Shown piece by piece: positions 9,960-20,897 of a stretch of 64,000 bases of DNA. The notes under the pieces are model-generated. The model did no database searches and had not been told where the DNA came from. It was given only the letters and a program-made list of their open reading frames with translations. The stretch comes from Candidatus Latescibacterota bacterium (lineage in GTDB: Bacteria > Latescibacterota > UBA2968 > GCA-2709665). The translations under genes and the position numbers were made by a program. Numbering within the stretch: position 1 is the first letter of the stretch; each line of letters opens with the position of its first letter. Location: positions 3,328,001-3,392,000 of the forward strand of contig OZ242180.1 of assembly GCA_965205485.1 (NCBI GenBank). Reading direction: 5' to 3'.

Positions 9960-10946
9960 ATGAAAATTGGTACGCGAATCGATCCGGCTTGGCTGGACCG
10001 GCCGGAGGACCTGAGGTTCCTGCGGCAGATCGGCGTGGACGTGGTGGATGTGACGCTGGATATCTTCCCGGGATACAGGGAGTCCGGGCAACTGCGTCGC
10101 GAAAGCCTGGAGCGCGTGGTGGAGGTGGTGGACGGCGCCGGCCTCAAGATCGAACGGGCGAACGCCACCAACAACTATATGCGCGCTGTCTACCTGGGTG
10201 AATCGGGTGCCGCTGAGGAACTGGATCATCTCGTGGCGAACGTCGCGCTCTGCGGGGAATACGGATTTCCCGTCGTCGGGATTCAGTGTTTCCAGGCCGC
10301 CCAGTTCGGAGGGTTGCCTCGCGGCGTGTTCGAGTGGGTGGAAGGCCGGGGCGGCTACCGGCACCTGAGGGTCGATTTGCGGGACGCGCTGAACAGACCC
10401 GCGCAGGACGGCGCGCCCACGCACGAGGAACTCTGGGAACGGACGTTGGAGATCTTTCGGGCGACGGTGCCGGTCGCCGAAGCAGGGGGCACACGGGTCG
10501 CGATGCATGGGAACGACCCTCCCGTGCCCAGCCTGCATGGCGTACCTCAGATTCTGCACGATTTCGCGTCGTTCGATCGGTTGTTCTCGGAGGTGCCGTC
10601 GCCCGCAAACGGGATGACCTTCTGCGTGGGCACACGGTACGAGTCGGGCGAGGACGTATTCGAGGGAATCCGGCGGTTTGGCGGGCAGGGGAGGATCTTT
10701 CACGTGCATTTTCGAAACGTACGGGGAACCATTCCCGAAACCGGGGGTTATGAGGAGGTGAGTCCGGATCTGGGAGACCTGAACATGTTTCAGGTCGTCC
10801 GGGCCTTGCACGAAGTGGGATTCGAGGGCGCCATCGACTACGACCATATTATGAAGTTGGCCGGTGACGCGGAGGGGCGGGCCTATATAGCGCTATGCGT
10901 CGGGCAGATGCACGGATTCCTGCAGGCGCTCGAAACGGACCGTTAA
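9960..10946 (+). CDS. Mannonate dehydratase (UxuA)-like protein
   Basis: HGNDPP, NGMTFCVG, VHFRNVRG, GDLNM, DYDH. Confidence 0.8.
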   Translation: MKIGTRIDPAWLDRPEDLRFLRQIGVDVVDVTLDIFPGYRESGQLRRESLERVVEVVDGAGLKIERANATNNYMRAVYLGESGAAEELDHLVANVALCGEYGFPVVGIQCFQAAQFGGLPRGVFEWVEGRGGYRHLRVDLRDALNRPAQDGAPTHEELWERTLEIFRATVPVAEAGGTRVAMHGNDPPVPSLHGVPQILHDFASFDRLFSEVPSPANGMTFCVGTRYESGEDVFEGIRRFGGQGRIFHVHFRNVRGTIPETGGYEEVSPDLGDLNMFQVVRALHEVGFEGAIDYDHIMKLAGDAEGRAYIALCVGQMHGFLQALETDR

Positions 10947-11018
10947 CGGGTGATGCACACTGTGGCAGACGCCCTGCACGGCCGATGTTCAGCGGGCTGA
11001 ACGCAGACATACCGGGAG

Positions 11019-13648
11019 ATGACTCTGAGCGTTGCCATGGCTGAAACGGCGGAATTCGTTGTTGATCTTGCGCGGGCCTCGCGTGCTTCGCTCGATCAGG
11101 TTGGCGGAAAAGCGCGAAACCTGGGGCGTCTGCTTGTCGGGGGATTCCGCGTTCCGGACGGATTCTGCGTGACAGCGGACGCCTGTACGCGGTTTCTGGA
11201 ACACAATGGGCTTGATCCCGCCGGCGCGACCGAGGAGACGGTTGCCGGGGGTTCGTTTCCCGAATCCGTGGAACAGGCCATCAGGACGTCTTCCGAATCG
11301 CTCCTCCGCCAGGGCGCAGGACCGTTGCAGTGCGGTCGTCCGGCGCCTCCGAGGACGGCAGCGCATTTGCGTTTGCGGGTCAGTTCGAGACCTACCTGAA
11401 CCTGACGGATGTCGCTTCCGTGCTCGAACACGTCCGGATGTGCTGGGCGTCCGCATGGAACGTCCGCTTGCGAACCTATGCCCCGGAGCTGATTCCCCGT
11501 ATTGCGGTTGTGGTCCAGGAAATGGTGGCGGCGGAGAAGTCCGGCATCCTATTCACGCAAAACCCGGTGGCGTCAGGCGCACCGGGTATTTTCGTGGAGG
11601 CAAACTGGGGACTCGGCGAGACGGTGGTCGGGGGGGAGGTTTCGCCCGATTCTTACGTGCTGGACCGGAAATCGGGCCGTGTTGTCGAGAAACGTATCGC
11701 GCATAAGCTGTGGCGGCTCCTGCCGGGCGACCGCCGGGCCGAACCCATGCCGGAGGAGCTCCGGAATGCGGAAGCGCTTTCTTCTGATGAACTGAGCACG
11801 CTTTGGCGGCAGGGCACGAAGATCGAGGCTTTATCCGGGGGCCGACCCCAGGACATCGAATGGGCGTTTTCCGGGAGCCGGCTTTTTCTCCTGCAGACGC
11901 GTCCGATTACCACGGCGGTGTCCCGCCCGCGCGGCGCATGGTCTCGGGGGATCTGCGACGACCTCTGGTCCGAGGCCCTCTGTCCGATGGCCGCGTCCAT
12001 CATTGCCGGTCGTCTGAGCGAAGCCTATACCTTCCAGCGTCCCGCGCGGCGCCTGGGCATGAGAGCATTTGTACGCGATGACATCTTGAATGTGATCGAC
12101 AGCTATATGTACGTGAATGCGGACGCAGTGGCGCAGGCGCTCCGCCTGATCCCTGAAAGACTGACCGCAGATGACGCCCTGGATATCCTGCCCAGGAGTC
12201 TCCAGGCGGAGGTCAAGGGTTCGCCGCGGACCTGGCGGCGGATTCTCCCGGCACTGCTGCGCCTTCCGGGCCTGCTGATGACTGAACCCTACGGTCTGAT
12301 TCACAGCAATCACCGGCGGGTCAGGCAGGCGTTTTTCCCGGTATTCAGCCGGCGGATTCGGGCCATAGAGCGCCAAATTTCCTCGGCGAGGGCTCCGGAT
12401 GACCTGCTCGAGGCCGCGGATCGTCTGAATGAACTGGCCATGCGCCAACAGGGGCATGTCAACCAGTGGAGCTACGCATTCGCGATGAACTGCATCTGGG
12501 TGCTGCGAATGATGGTGGTCCGCTGGGCGAAGCTCGACATGGAAGTTTTCAAGGATCTGCTGATGGTCCCTGTTAGAAACAAGACTTCGGAGGCCAACGC
12601 CGCCCTGGAGGAATTGACGGAGGAGATCCGGAGCGACGCCGGACTGCGGCTGGTGTTGGAAAACGGCACGGACGCGGCGTTCCTGAAACATCTGCGGGCG
12701 GGCGAACGCCGCTTTGCTTCCAGGTTCGATGCATTCATCCAGGTGTACGGGGTTCGCGCCACAAATCGGGATTTCACCATTGCGCGCTGGCGGGAACGCC
12801 CGGAAATCGTTGTTCAGATGCTCCGACAGAACCTCTGCGCGGAACCCGTATCGCTGCGAAGAGATCCGCGGGAAACGATGCAGACGGCGGAATCGACGGT
12901 ATTTGAATGTCTGTCCGAAAAACCTTGGGGAGCGGTGCGTGTTCCGGTGTTTCGGTACGTATTGAGATATGCGAGGATCTATCTCGGACTTCGTGAGGAA
13001 TTGCGATTCCACCTCGACAGACTGTTCGCCGGGTACCGGGCTGTTTTTCTGGGGCTCGCAGACCATCTTGTACACCGAGGGCTGCTTCGCCGGAGGGATG
13101 ACGTGTTTTTCCTGACCTGTACCGAAGTCGAGAACGCGTTCCAGGGCGGCCCCCTGCCATCCGAAGATGAAATCCATCGACGGATCGCGGATTTCGAACG
13201 CGCGCGCGTCAGACAGCCGTTTTATTTCTGGATTGACGGGCGCGGTGAGAATCCGGTCGCCGACAATAGTCAGGATGCACAACGGTTGGAGGGCGTTGGA
13301 ACCAGCCCCGGAACGGCTACCGGGTTTGCCAGGCTGATACGCGGGCCGGAGGATTTCGGGACACTTGGGCAGGGTGAGGTGCTGGTTGCATTGGGTACGG
13401 ACCCGGGATGGACGCCGCTCTTCCGGCGGGTGAGGGCGGTCGTCACGGAAATTGGCGGGGTCCTGAACCACAGTTCGGTGATCGCAAGGGAGTATCAGGT
13501 CCCCGCGGTCGTGGGGGTGTCGGGCGCCACGCGGCGCATCCGCACCGGAGACCGCGTGACCGTGGACGGGAGTCGCGGTGTTGTCGAGATTCACGGCGAC
13601 GTGAGCGGGTCCCCTGTATCTCGCGATCGGGCAGACGAGGCCGGATAG
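11019..13648 (+). pseudogene. PEP/pyruvate-binding (ATP-grasp) + PEP-utiliser protein, RPH/PigC architecture; frameshifted near 11327
   Basis: GGKARNL...VPDGF in ORF 11019 continues as VRSS..ED..FAGQF, QDIEW, LQTRPIT, TDPGWTP, GGVLNHSSVIARE in ORF 11330; TTGCA appears one base short of TTG GCA. Confidence 0.8.
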
Positions 13649-13848
13649 GGGACCGGACACGGAGATCTTCAGCGTGCTTCCGTATAACTTTCTTGTTTTT
13701 AACTATTTGGGACAATATGGATCCTTTGTGCCGTCGGACTGCGGATTTGCCGGTCAGCGAATCGGTTGCCAATAAGCGCACGTTATTGTAAATTTACTCT
13801 TCTGTATCGGAACTTCTATTAACCGTTTTTCGTTTCGGCGCAGCGCCA

Positions 13849-14538
13849 ATGACGTCGATTTCCGAGAATCTGAGGCGGGTCCGTGAACGCATCGCCCGGG
13901 CCGCGGAGCGTGCGTCGCGGCAGGCGCGGGATGTGACCCTTGTCGCGGTTTCCAAGACGAAGCCCGTCGAGGTCATCGGGGAAGCGGTGGAGGCGGGGGT
14001 CCGGGTGCTGGGCGAAAACCGCGTGCAGGAAGCCGAGACGAAGGTTGGTAACGTCGCGGAAGCCGTGGAATGGCATCTCGTGGGACATCTCCAGCGTAAC
14101 AAGGTGAAGAGTGCGCTGCACATGTTCGAGCTGATCCATTCGGTGGACAGTCTGCGGCTTGCAAAGGAGATTGGAAAACGCGCCGTGCAGGCCGGAATCT
14201 GCGCACGGACGCTCGTACAGGTGAATACTTCCGGGGCGGACTCGCAGTTCGGAGCCGCGCCTCACGAAGCAGTCGACCTTGTCGGGCGGATTTCAGAGGT
14301 GGAAGGCGTGGGTGTGGAGGGGTTGATGACGATCGGCCTGTTCCTTCCGGACCCCGAGGCGGTGCGACCATGTTTCGTACAACTGCGGGAACTGAGTGAA
14401 GAGATCGAATCGGCGCGAATACCGGGTGTGTCGATGACACACCTGTCGATGGGGATGACGGGGGATTTCGAGGTGGCGATAGAGGAAGGCGCCACGATGG
14501 TGCGCGTCGGATCGGCGGTCTTCGGCTCGAGACAATGA
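13849..14538 (+). CDS. yggS: PLP homeostasis protein YggS
   Basis: LVAVSKT, GENRVQE, WHLVGHLQRNK, HSVDS, LSMGMTGD, VRVGSAVFG. Confidence 0.97.
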   Translation: MTSISENLRRVRERIARAAERASRQARDVTLVAVSKTKPVEVIGEAVEAGVRVLGENRVQEAETKVGNVAEAVEWHLVGHLQRNKVKSALHMFELIHSVDSLRLAKEIGKRAVQAGICARTLVQVNTSGADSQFGAAPHEAVDLVGRISEVEGVGVEGLMTIGLFLPDPEAVRPCFVQLRELSEEIESARIPGVSMTHLSMGMTGDFEVAIEEGATMVRVGSAVFGSRQ

Positions 14539-14595
14539 CGGACGGGCAGCGCTCCCGGCGGTCGGCGGCAGAGGGCGTCCAAGTCAAGGATTACA

Positions 14596-15198
14596 ATGTT
14601 ATACGTCTTGTTGCAGGTCATTGACTATTTGCGTGCGGCCGTCAATTTCGCGGCATTCGCTGTGGTGGTGGTCGTTATCGTCCTGATGGTCCTGCGATGG
14701 ATACTGTTCAGGGCGCAGCCCTTCGGGCGGCTCGCCCAGGTCGTTCGGGAATGGACCGACCCCATGATCTGGCCGGTGGCGCAGAGCCTGCCGGCGTCCA
14801 ACAGTCTCAGCATTGCGCCGCTGTTTGTGATTCTGGCGGCGTTGCTGGCCGCGTTTTTTCTGAAGTGGGTCAGCAACGATGTGCTGCTGGCGCTGGAAGG
14901 GGTGGTTCGGGCATTGATGAACGTGGCTTTTCTTCAGGTCATCGGCTGGCTCTTTTACGGCGCGATTTCCGTCTTCCTGGTGTTGATCCTCGCCCGCATC
15001 ATTGTCTCCTGGATGCCCTTTCTGCAAAGCGGGCGGCTGGTCTGGACGCTGTATGCGCTTACCGAGCCCGTCATGGCGCCTTTCCGTCGCATGATTCCGC
15101 CCCTTGGGATGTTCGATCTGTCTCCCATTCTGTTGATCCTGCTGTTGAATTTCGCAAAGGGCGCGGTTCTCGCCGTCTTCGGACTGGGCGCGTCGTAG
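14596..15198 (+). CDS. yggT: YggT family membrane protein (tandem domains)
   Basis: WTDP and LTEPVMAPFRRMIPPLGMFDLSP repeats; follows yggS. Confidence 0.9.
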   Translation: MLYVLLQVIDYLRAAVNFAAFAVVVVVIVLMVLRWILFRAQPFGRLAQVVREWTDPMIWPVAQSLPASNSLSIAPLFVILAALLAAFFLKWVSNDVLLALEGVVRALMNVAFLQVIGWLFYGAISVFLVLILARIIVSWMPFLQSGRLVWTLYALTEPVMAPFRRMIPPLGMFDLSPILLILLLNFAKGAVLAVFGLGAS

Positions 15199-15229
15199 GG
15201 TCGGATTTCCGTAAGGACTGAGTGGATCC

Positions 15230-16117
15230 ATGACAGACATGAAGCCACTACGCCTTGGCGTAATCGGCGGGTCCGGGTTCTACGAGATGGACGGCGTCAG
15301 GGTTGTGCGGGAGCACGACGTGGACACGCCGTTCGGCCGGCCATCTGACCTGATGGTTGAAGCGGAGATCGACGGACGCACGGTCGTCTTTCTGCCCCGG
15401 CATGGACGCGGACACAGGTTGTTGCCGTCCGAGGTGCCATACCGCGCCAATATCCATGCCCTGAAACAGCTGTGCATAACCCACGTCCTCGCGGTCGGCG
15501 CCGTGGGAATCATGAAGGAACACATCGCGCCGGGAGACATGGTCGTTCCGGACCAGGTTTTCGACCGCACAAAGGGGAATCGGGCGTCAACGTTCTTCGG
15601 CGGCGGGGTTGTCGGGCACGTGTCCTTCGCCGACCCGTTTTGCGCCGGGATGCGCAGTCTGGTTGTGCAGGCGGCGAAGGCAGGGGGCGCTTCGGTCCAC
15701 GACGGCGGTACGTACGTCTGCATGGAAGGGCCGCAGTTTTCCACCCGGGCGGAGTCGCACTTCTATCGCCGGGCCGCCGACGCTACGGTGATCGGAATGA
15801 CGGCGCTTCCAGAGTCCAAACTGGCGCGTGAGGCGGAAATGTGCTACGCCGTGCTGTCGATGGGCACGGACTACGATTGCTGGCACGAGCAGGAGGGGGA
15901 CGTCGATATCGAGTCGGTTCTGGCCATCCTGAAGGCGAATACCCGGACGGCCAATGCGGTCGTGAAGGAAATCTCGGGGATGCTGCCGGAAGCGTCGGAC
16001 TGCGAGTGTCAGCGCGCGGCGCGGGATGCGATCATTACGGCCCCAGGCGCCGTTCCCAAAGAAGCGAAACGCCGGCTGAGCGTCCTTTACGGACACTATC
16101 TGGACGGGACGGGATGA
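15230..16117 (+). CDS. mtnP: S-methyl-5'-thioadenosine phosphorylase
   Basis: GVIGGSG, FLPRHG, EGPQFSTRAES, IGMT..PE..LARE, TDYDCW. Confidence 0.95.
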   Translation: MTDMKPLRLGVIGGSGFYEMDGVRVVREHDVDTPFGRPSDLMVEAEIDGRTVVFLPRHGRGHRLLPSEVPYRANIHALKQLCITHVLAVGAVGIMKEHIAPGDMVVPDQVFDRTKGNRASTFFGGGVVGHVSFADPFCAGMRSLVVQAAKAGGASVHDGGTYVCMEGPQFSTRAESHFYRRAADATVIGMTALPESKLAREAEMCYAVLSMGTDYDCWHEQEGDVDIESVLAILKANTRTANAVVKEISGMLPEASDCECQRAARDAIITAPGAVPKEAKRRLSVLYGHYLDGTG

Positions 16118-16584
16118 TCGACGAACAATGGTACAAGAGACCCGACGGCGTACCGGAAGCCGTTTCGGCGGGTGGCGTGGTTGTCAGGGTGGATGGCGGC
16201 CGGGTGATGGTGGCGCTGATTCGGGAGCAGTCCTACGAGGAGTACGTGCTGCCCAAAGGACACGTGGACGAGGGCGAGTCCGTCGAGGAGGCTGCGCGTC
16301 GGGAGATCGAGGAGGAGGCAGGGTTTACGGAACTGGAATTGATCCGTCCGATGGGCGTTCGGAAGAGGATGAACTATCGTCGAACGGAGTGGAAGACCAC
16401 GCACTATTTCCTCTATCGGACCGAGCAGGTGGACGTCGTGCCAACCGACGTCGAAAATCACGAAGTCGTGGACTGGTTTCCGGTCGACAGGCTGCCCGTG
16501 ATGATGTGGCCGGAACAGAAGGACCTGTTACGGGAGAATAAGCACCGGATCCTCGCAATGGTGAACGGCCGGTCAACTCGATGA
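16114..16584 (+). CDS. NUDIX hydrolase
   Basis: SAGGVV and Nudix box GHVDEGESVEEAARREIEEEAG; ATGA overlap. Confidence 0.92.
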   Translation: MIDEQWYKRPDGVPEAVSAGGVVVRVDGGRVMVALIREQSYEEYVLPKGHVDEGESVEEAARREIEEEAGFTELELIRPMGVRKRMNYRRTEWKTTHYFLYRTEQVDVVPTDVENHEVVDWFPVDRLPVMMWPEQKDLLRENKHRILAMVNGRSTR

Positions 16585-16722
16585 CCCCCAAAAGCGTCCG
16601 CCGGTACGCTTCCGCCTGAACGAGTCGGCAGTGCGGCGTGCAGGGACGTGGGACCGCATCGGCAAAGAATCCGGAATCATCCGCGGTTTCCCCGAAACCA
16701 ACAATGACGGTGAATAGCGTTC

Positions 16723-19700
16723 ATGGCGACGGTTAAAGAGGCAGAAAGCGCGTTTGAAGACGTTTCCGGCGGAATGGATTTTCCCGGAATGGAGAGGGAG
16801 ACCCTTCGGTTCTGGGAGGAAAACCGCACGTTCGCGAAGTCGGTGGCAACCCGGCCGGAATCCAATCCGTTCATCTTCAACGACGGGCCGCCGTTCGCCA
16901 GCGGGCTTCCGCATTACGGGCACCTGCTGGCCTCCATTATCAAGGACGTCGTACCGCGGTACTGGACGATGCGGGGATATCGCGTGGACCGGCGTTTCGG
17001 CTGGGACTGTCACGGGCTCCCGGTGGAAAACGAGGCCGAGAGGCAACTGGGCCTGAAGTCCAGGAAGGACATCCTTGCATTCGGCGTGGATCGATTCAAC
17101 GAATTCTGCCGTGAACAGGTACTCCAGTACACCGCCGAGTGGAAGCAGGTCATCCAGCGGTGCGGTCGGTGGGTGGACTGGGACCACCAGTACCGGACGA
17201 TGGATCCGGACTTCATGGAGTCCGTGTGGTGGGTGTTCAAGAGCCTCTGGGAGAAGGACCTGGTGTATGAGGGATACTATTCCCTCGCCTACTGTCCCAG
17301 ATGCGCCACCCCGCTCTCCAATTTCGAGGTGAATCTCGGGGGCTACCGGGATACCCAGGATCCATCCATCACGGTGCGGTTTCGCGTACGCGGGCAGGCG
17401 AATACGTCGATTCTGGCCTGGACGACCACACCGTGGACCCTGCCTTCGAACATGGCGCTCGCGGTTGGAGAAGACATCCCGTACGTGCGCGTCTACATGG
17501 AAGACGGCGAGCAGCTGATCCTTGCGGAACCGCGTTTCGACGCCGTGTTCGGCAGTCGCGGCGGGGAGGCGCTTCGGGTGGAGCCGGAACCGGTCGCAGC
17601 ACTGCTGGAAATGCGTTACGAGCCGTTGTTTACCTACTTCACTGATCTTGCGAAAAACGGCGCGTATCGCGTAGTTGCGGCCGATTTCGTGTCGACCGAC
17701 GAAGGCACAGGGATCGTGCACGTCGCCCCCGGTTTCGGCGAAGACGACTATCAGTTGGGTGTCGAAAAACGTATCCCGGTCGTGTGTCCGATCGACGAGG
17801 ATTGCGCGTTTACGGACGCAATACCGGAATATACCGGTCGATTTGTAAAGGACGTCGATCGCGAGATCGTGCGGCGGTTGCGAACGGAAGACCTGTTGTT
17901 TTCCGAGGGCACGCTGGTTCACAGCTATCCTTACTGCTGGCGGTGCGATTCTCCCCTGATCTATCGCGCAATCTCAACCTGGTTCGTTGCAATCGAGCCG
18001 ATCAAGGAGATGATGATTGCCTCGAATCAGCGGGTCCGCTGGGTGCCGGAGCACATCAAGGACGGACGATTCGGCCGTTGGCTGGAGGATGCGCGCGATT
18101 GGGCGATCAGCCGGAACCGCTACTGGGGCACGCCTCTGCCGGTTTGGCGCAATGCGGAAACGAAGGAGACGATCTGTGTCGGTAGCCGTGAAGAACTGGA
18201 ACGCCTGAGCGGGCAGAGGGTGGAGGACCTTCACAAACATCTGATCGATCACATCGAAATCCCCAGCCCCAGCGGCAGAGGCGTCCTGAGGCGTGTGCCC
18301 GAGGTTCTGGATTGCTGGTTCGAGTCCGGGTCCATGCCCTACGGCCAGACGCACTATCCGTTTGAGAACCGGTCGTTTTTCGAGGCGAATTTCCCGGCCG
18401 ACTTCATTTCGGAAGGCCTCGATCAGACCCGGGGCTGGTTCTATACATTGACCGTTCTCGCCGCGGCGCTGTTTCAGGAGCCGGCGTTCAGGAATTGCAT
18501 TGTTTCCGGTATGCTGCTTGCCGAGGACGGACGCAAGATGAGCAAGCGCCTGAAGAACTATCCTGAACCCACCGAAATGCTGGACGCGTACGGCGCTGAC
18601 GCGCTGAGGCTGTATCTGTTGAACTCGCCGGCGCTGAAGGCCGAGGAGTTGAGAATCAGCGAACGCGGAATTCAGGAGAGCCTGCGTTCGGTCATCATTC
18701 CACTGTGGAACGCGTACGGCGGCATATTCGTCACCTATGCGAATATCGACGGCTGGACCCCCGCCCGGGCCCGGGGGGCGCCGCGCACGCACGAACTGGA
18801 CCGCTGGATCCTTTCGGAATTGCAGACCCTGCTGCATGAAATGAATGCAGAAATGGCGGCCTACCGGCTGTACAGGACTGTGCCGGTCATGGTTTCGTTT
18901 GTAGAGAAGTTGACGAACTGGTACATCCGCCGCAGCCGCCGCCGCTTCTGGAAGTCGGAAGACGACGAGGACAAGGCGGCTGTCTATGAGACGCTCTACG
19001 AGGTGCTGGTTACGCTTGTCAAGGCGATGGCGCCCGTGCTTCCGTTCGTGACCGAGCAGATCTATCAGAATCTGGTCAGACGAGTCGACGGGGAGGCCCC
19101 GGAAAGCGTACACCTGTGCGATATGCCGCAGGCGGACGAGACGTTGAGGGACCCGGAACTCGAGGCGCAGATGCATCTGGCGATGCGCGCTGTCGCTCTG
19201 GGCCGGTCGCTTCGCAACCGTCACGACCTCAAGGTGCGTCAACCGTTGCGCCGGGTCTACCTGCTTCCGCCCGATACGGCCGGTCGAAAAGCACTCACGT
19301 CCATGCAGGTTCTGATCGCCGACGAACTGAACATCAAAGAGGCCGTGTTCGTGGAGGACGAGACCGAGTTGAGCGAAATCTCGTACAGACCCAACTTTCG
19401 CGCGCTGGGGCCGCGTTTCGGGAAACGCATGAAGGAGGTTGCCGGTCGCATCGCCGAACTGGCGCCAGGGGACGTCGAACGTCTGCGAACCGGGGGGAAA
19501 CTGGCGTTTGCAGGAGGAGAAATCGGTCTCGAGGATCTGGAAATCCAGCGACGGGAAAAAGACGATGTGGTGGTGGCCGTCGAGAACAATCTGTGCGTAG
19601 GGCTGGACGTCCACCTCGACGAAGAGCTGGTCGACGAGTGTACGGCGCGCGAATTCGTAAACCGGGTACAGAACATGCGCAAGGAGATGGGTTTGCAGGT

Positions 19701-19893
19701 TGTAGACCGCATTCGCGTTGGGGTAAAGGGAGAAGGCTGTCTCGAGCGTGCGGTCGCCCGCCATCGGGCATACGTCAGCGGGGAGACGCTGGCGGAGGAC
19801 TTGCTGGTGGGTCAACTGCCGGACGCCAGTCCGTTCACCCGGGAATGGCAGGTGAACGGACTGCGCGGCACAATCGGCGTTTCGCGCAATTGA
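16723..19893 (+). CDS. ileS: Isoleucine--tRNA ligase, type 2
   Basis: DGPPFASGLPHYGH, GWDCHGLP, WTTTPWTLP, DQTRGWF, KMSKR, NWYIRRSRRRFW. Confidence 0.98.
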   Translation: MATVKEAESAFEDVSGGMDFPGMERETLRFWEENRTFAKSVATRPESNPFIFNDGPPFASGLPHYGHLLASIIKDVVPRYWTMRGYRVDRRFGWDCHGLPVENEAERQLGLKSRKDILAFGVDRFNEFCREQVLQYTAEWKQVIQRCGRWVDWDHQYRTMDPDFMESVWWVFKSLWEKDLVYEGYYSLAYCPRCATPLSNFEVNLGGYRDTQDPSITVRFRVRGQANTSILAWTTTPWTLPSNMALAVGEDIPYVRVYMEDGEQLILAEPRFDAVFGSRGGEALRVEPEPVAALLEMRYEPLFTYFTDLAKNGAYRVVAADFVSTDEGTGIVHVAPGFGEDDYQLGVEKRIPVVCPIDEDCAFTDAIPEYTGRFVKDVDREIVRRLRTEDLLFSEGTLVHSYPYCWRCDSPLIYRAISTWFVAIEPIKEMMIASNQRVRWVPEHIKDGRFGRWLEDARDWAISRNRYWGTPLPVWRNAETKETICVGSREELERLSGQRVEDLHKHLIDHIEIPSPSGRGVLRRVPEVLDCWFESGSMPYGQTHYPFENRSFFEANFPADFISEGLDQTRGWFYTLTVLAAALFQEPAFRNCIVSGMLLAEDGRKMSKRLKNYPEPTEMLDAYGADALRLYLLNSPALKAEELRISERGIQESLRSVIIPLWNAYGGIFVTYANIDGWTPARARGAPRTHELDRWILSELQTLLHEMNAEMAAYRLYRTVPVMVSFVEKLTNWYIRRSRRRFWKSEDDEDKAAVYETLYEVLVTLVKAMAPVLPFVTEQIYQNLVRRVDGEAPESVHLCDMPQADETLRDPELEAQMHLAMRAVALGRSLRNRHDLKVRQPLRRVYLLPPDTAGRKALTSMQVLIADELNIKEAVFVEDETELSEISYRPNFRALGPRFGKRMKEVAGRIAELAPGDVERLRTGGKLAFAGGEIGLEDLEIQRREKDDVVVAVENNLCVGLDVHLDEELVDECTAREFVNRVQNMRKEMGLQVVDRIRVGVKGEGCLERAVARHRAYVSGETLAEDLLVGQLPDASPFTREWQVNGLRGTIGVSRN

Positions 19894-19998
19894 TTTTCGC
19901 ACGGCATTGGAGCAATATGGGTTTCGGGCCTCACGCTCGCAGGACGGCGTCGGCATCCGGCTCGTGCGCGAGTATTGAATTGACAGGCGGAGAGGACG

Positions 19999-20382
19999 AT
20001 GAACGAGAAAGATCTGAAATACTTCCGTGAGATCCTGGAAGAAAAGCGGTTGTCCATCGTTCAGGACCTGGGGATGCTGGAGCAACGATCCATGCACGCA
20101 ACCTCCGAAGAGGCGTCGGGAGGGCAGATTTATTCGGATCACATGCCGGAACTGGGCAGCGATTCGATCGAGCGGGAGAAGGCGTTCCTGTTCGCTTCCC
20201 GGGACGGCGCGTATCTGACGCAGGTGGAGGACGCGCTCGAACGCATCAAGCGCGGGACGTTCGGAGCGTGCAGGGTCTGCGAAAAGGGGATCCCGAAAGC
20301 GCGTCTTGAGGCCGTTCCCACCACCCGGCTGTGCGTACCCTGCAAAGAAGAGGAACAGCGGCAGGGTACACGCGCCACTTAA
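19999..20382 (+). CDS. TraR/DksA C4 zinc-finger protein
   Basis: ALERI..GTFGACRVC..IPKARLEAVP..LCVPC. Confidence 0.92.
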   Translation: MNEKDLKYFREILEEKRLSIVQDLGMLEQRSMHATSEEASGGQIYSDHMPELGSDSIEREKAFLFASRDGAYLTQVEDALERIKRGTFGACRVCEKGIPKARLEAVPTTRLCVPCKEEEQRQGTRAT

Positions 20383-20432
20383 TTCGAATTTACGGCGACG
20401 GGCTCAAGCTATCCGTTGCCACGGGAGGCGAT

Positions 20433-20897
20433 GTGCGGAGCCTCTGGATTTCGGGTGTCGTCCTCATTCTGGACCAGGTGTCAAAGCGGATGGTGATGGA
20501 ATCGATGTTTCTCGGCGAGTCGATTCCCGTACTGGGCTCATTCTTCAGGTTGACCTATATACAGAACCCCGGCGCCGTGTTCGGCTTGAGGCTTGGCGGA
20601 AACGTCGCTCACCTGGTGTTCGCCGGTCTGGCGTTGATTCTGGTGGCGGTGATGTGGCTCCGCCTGCCCGCCCATGAGCGGGTGGCTTCGGCCGGTCTGG
20701 CGCTTGTGCTGGGCGGCGCCATCGGCAACGTCATCGACCGGATCCGCTTCAGCGCGGTGATTGATTTTCTGGATTTCGGATTCGGATCCGTTCGCTGGTG
20801 GGTGTTCAACGTCGCCGACGCCGCCGTCACGGTCGGAGCCGTGCTGTTGATACTCGGCTGTGGAATACTCAAGGGCGGAAAGGATGAGGCAGTTTGA
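20433..20897 (+). CDS. lspA: Signal peptidase II
   Basis: DQVSK, NPGAVFG, GAIGNVIDR, VIDF, FNVAD; GTG after GGGAGG. Confidence 0.95.
   Translation: MRSLWISGVVLILDQVSKRMVMESMFLGESIPVLGSFFRLTYIQNPGAVFGLRLGGNVAHLVFAGLALILVAVMWLRLPAHERVASAGLALVLGGAIGNVIDRIRFSAVIDFLDFGFGSVRWWVFNVADAAVTVGAVLLILGCGILKGGKDEAV

Noticed and set aside
11831..13660. 609-aa minus-strand ORF
   Set aside because: Shadow of the PEP-utiliser gene
16585..16722. Possible T-box upstream of ileS (TGGGACC)
   Set aside because: Leader is short; no stem I or terminator recognised
17974..20142. 722-aa minus-strand ORF
   Set aside because: Shadow of ileS
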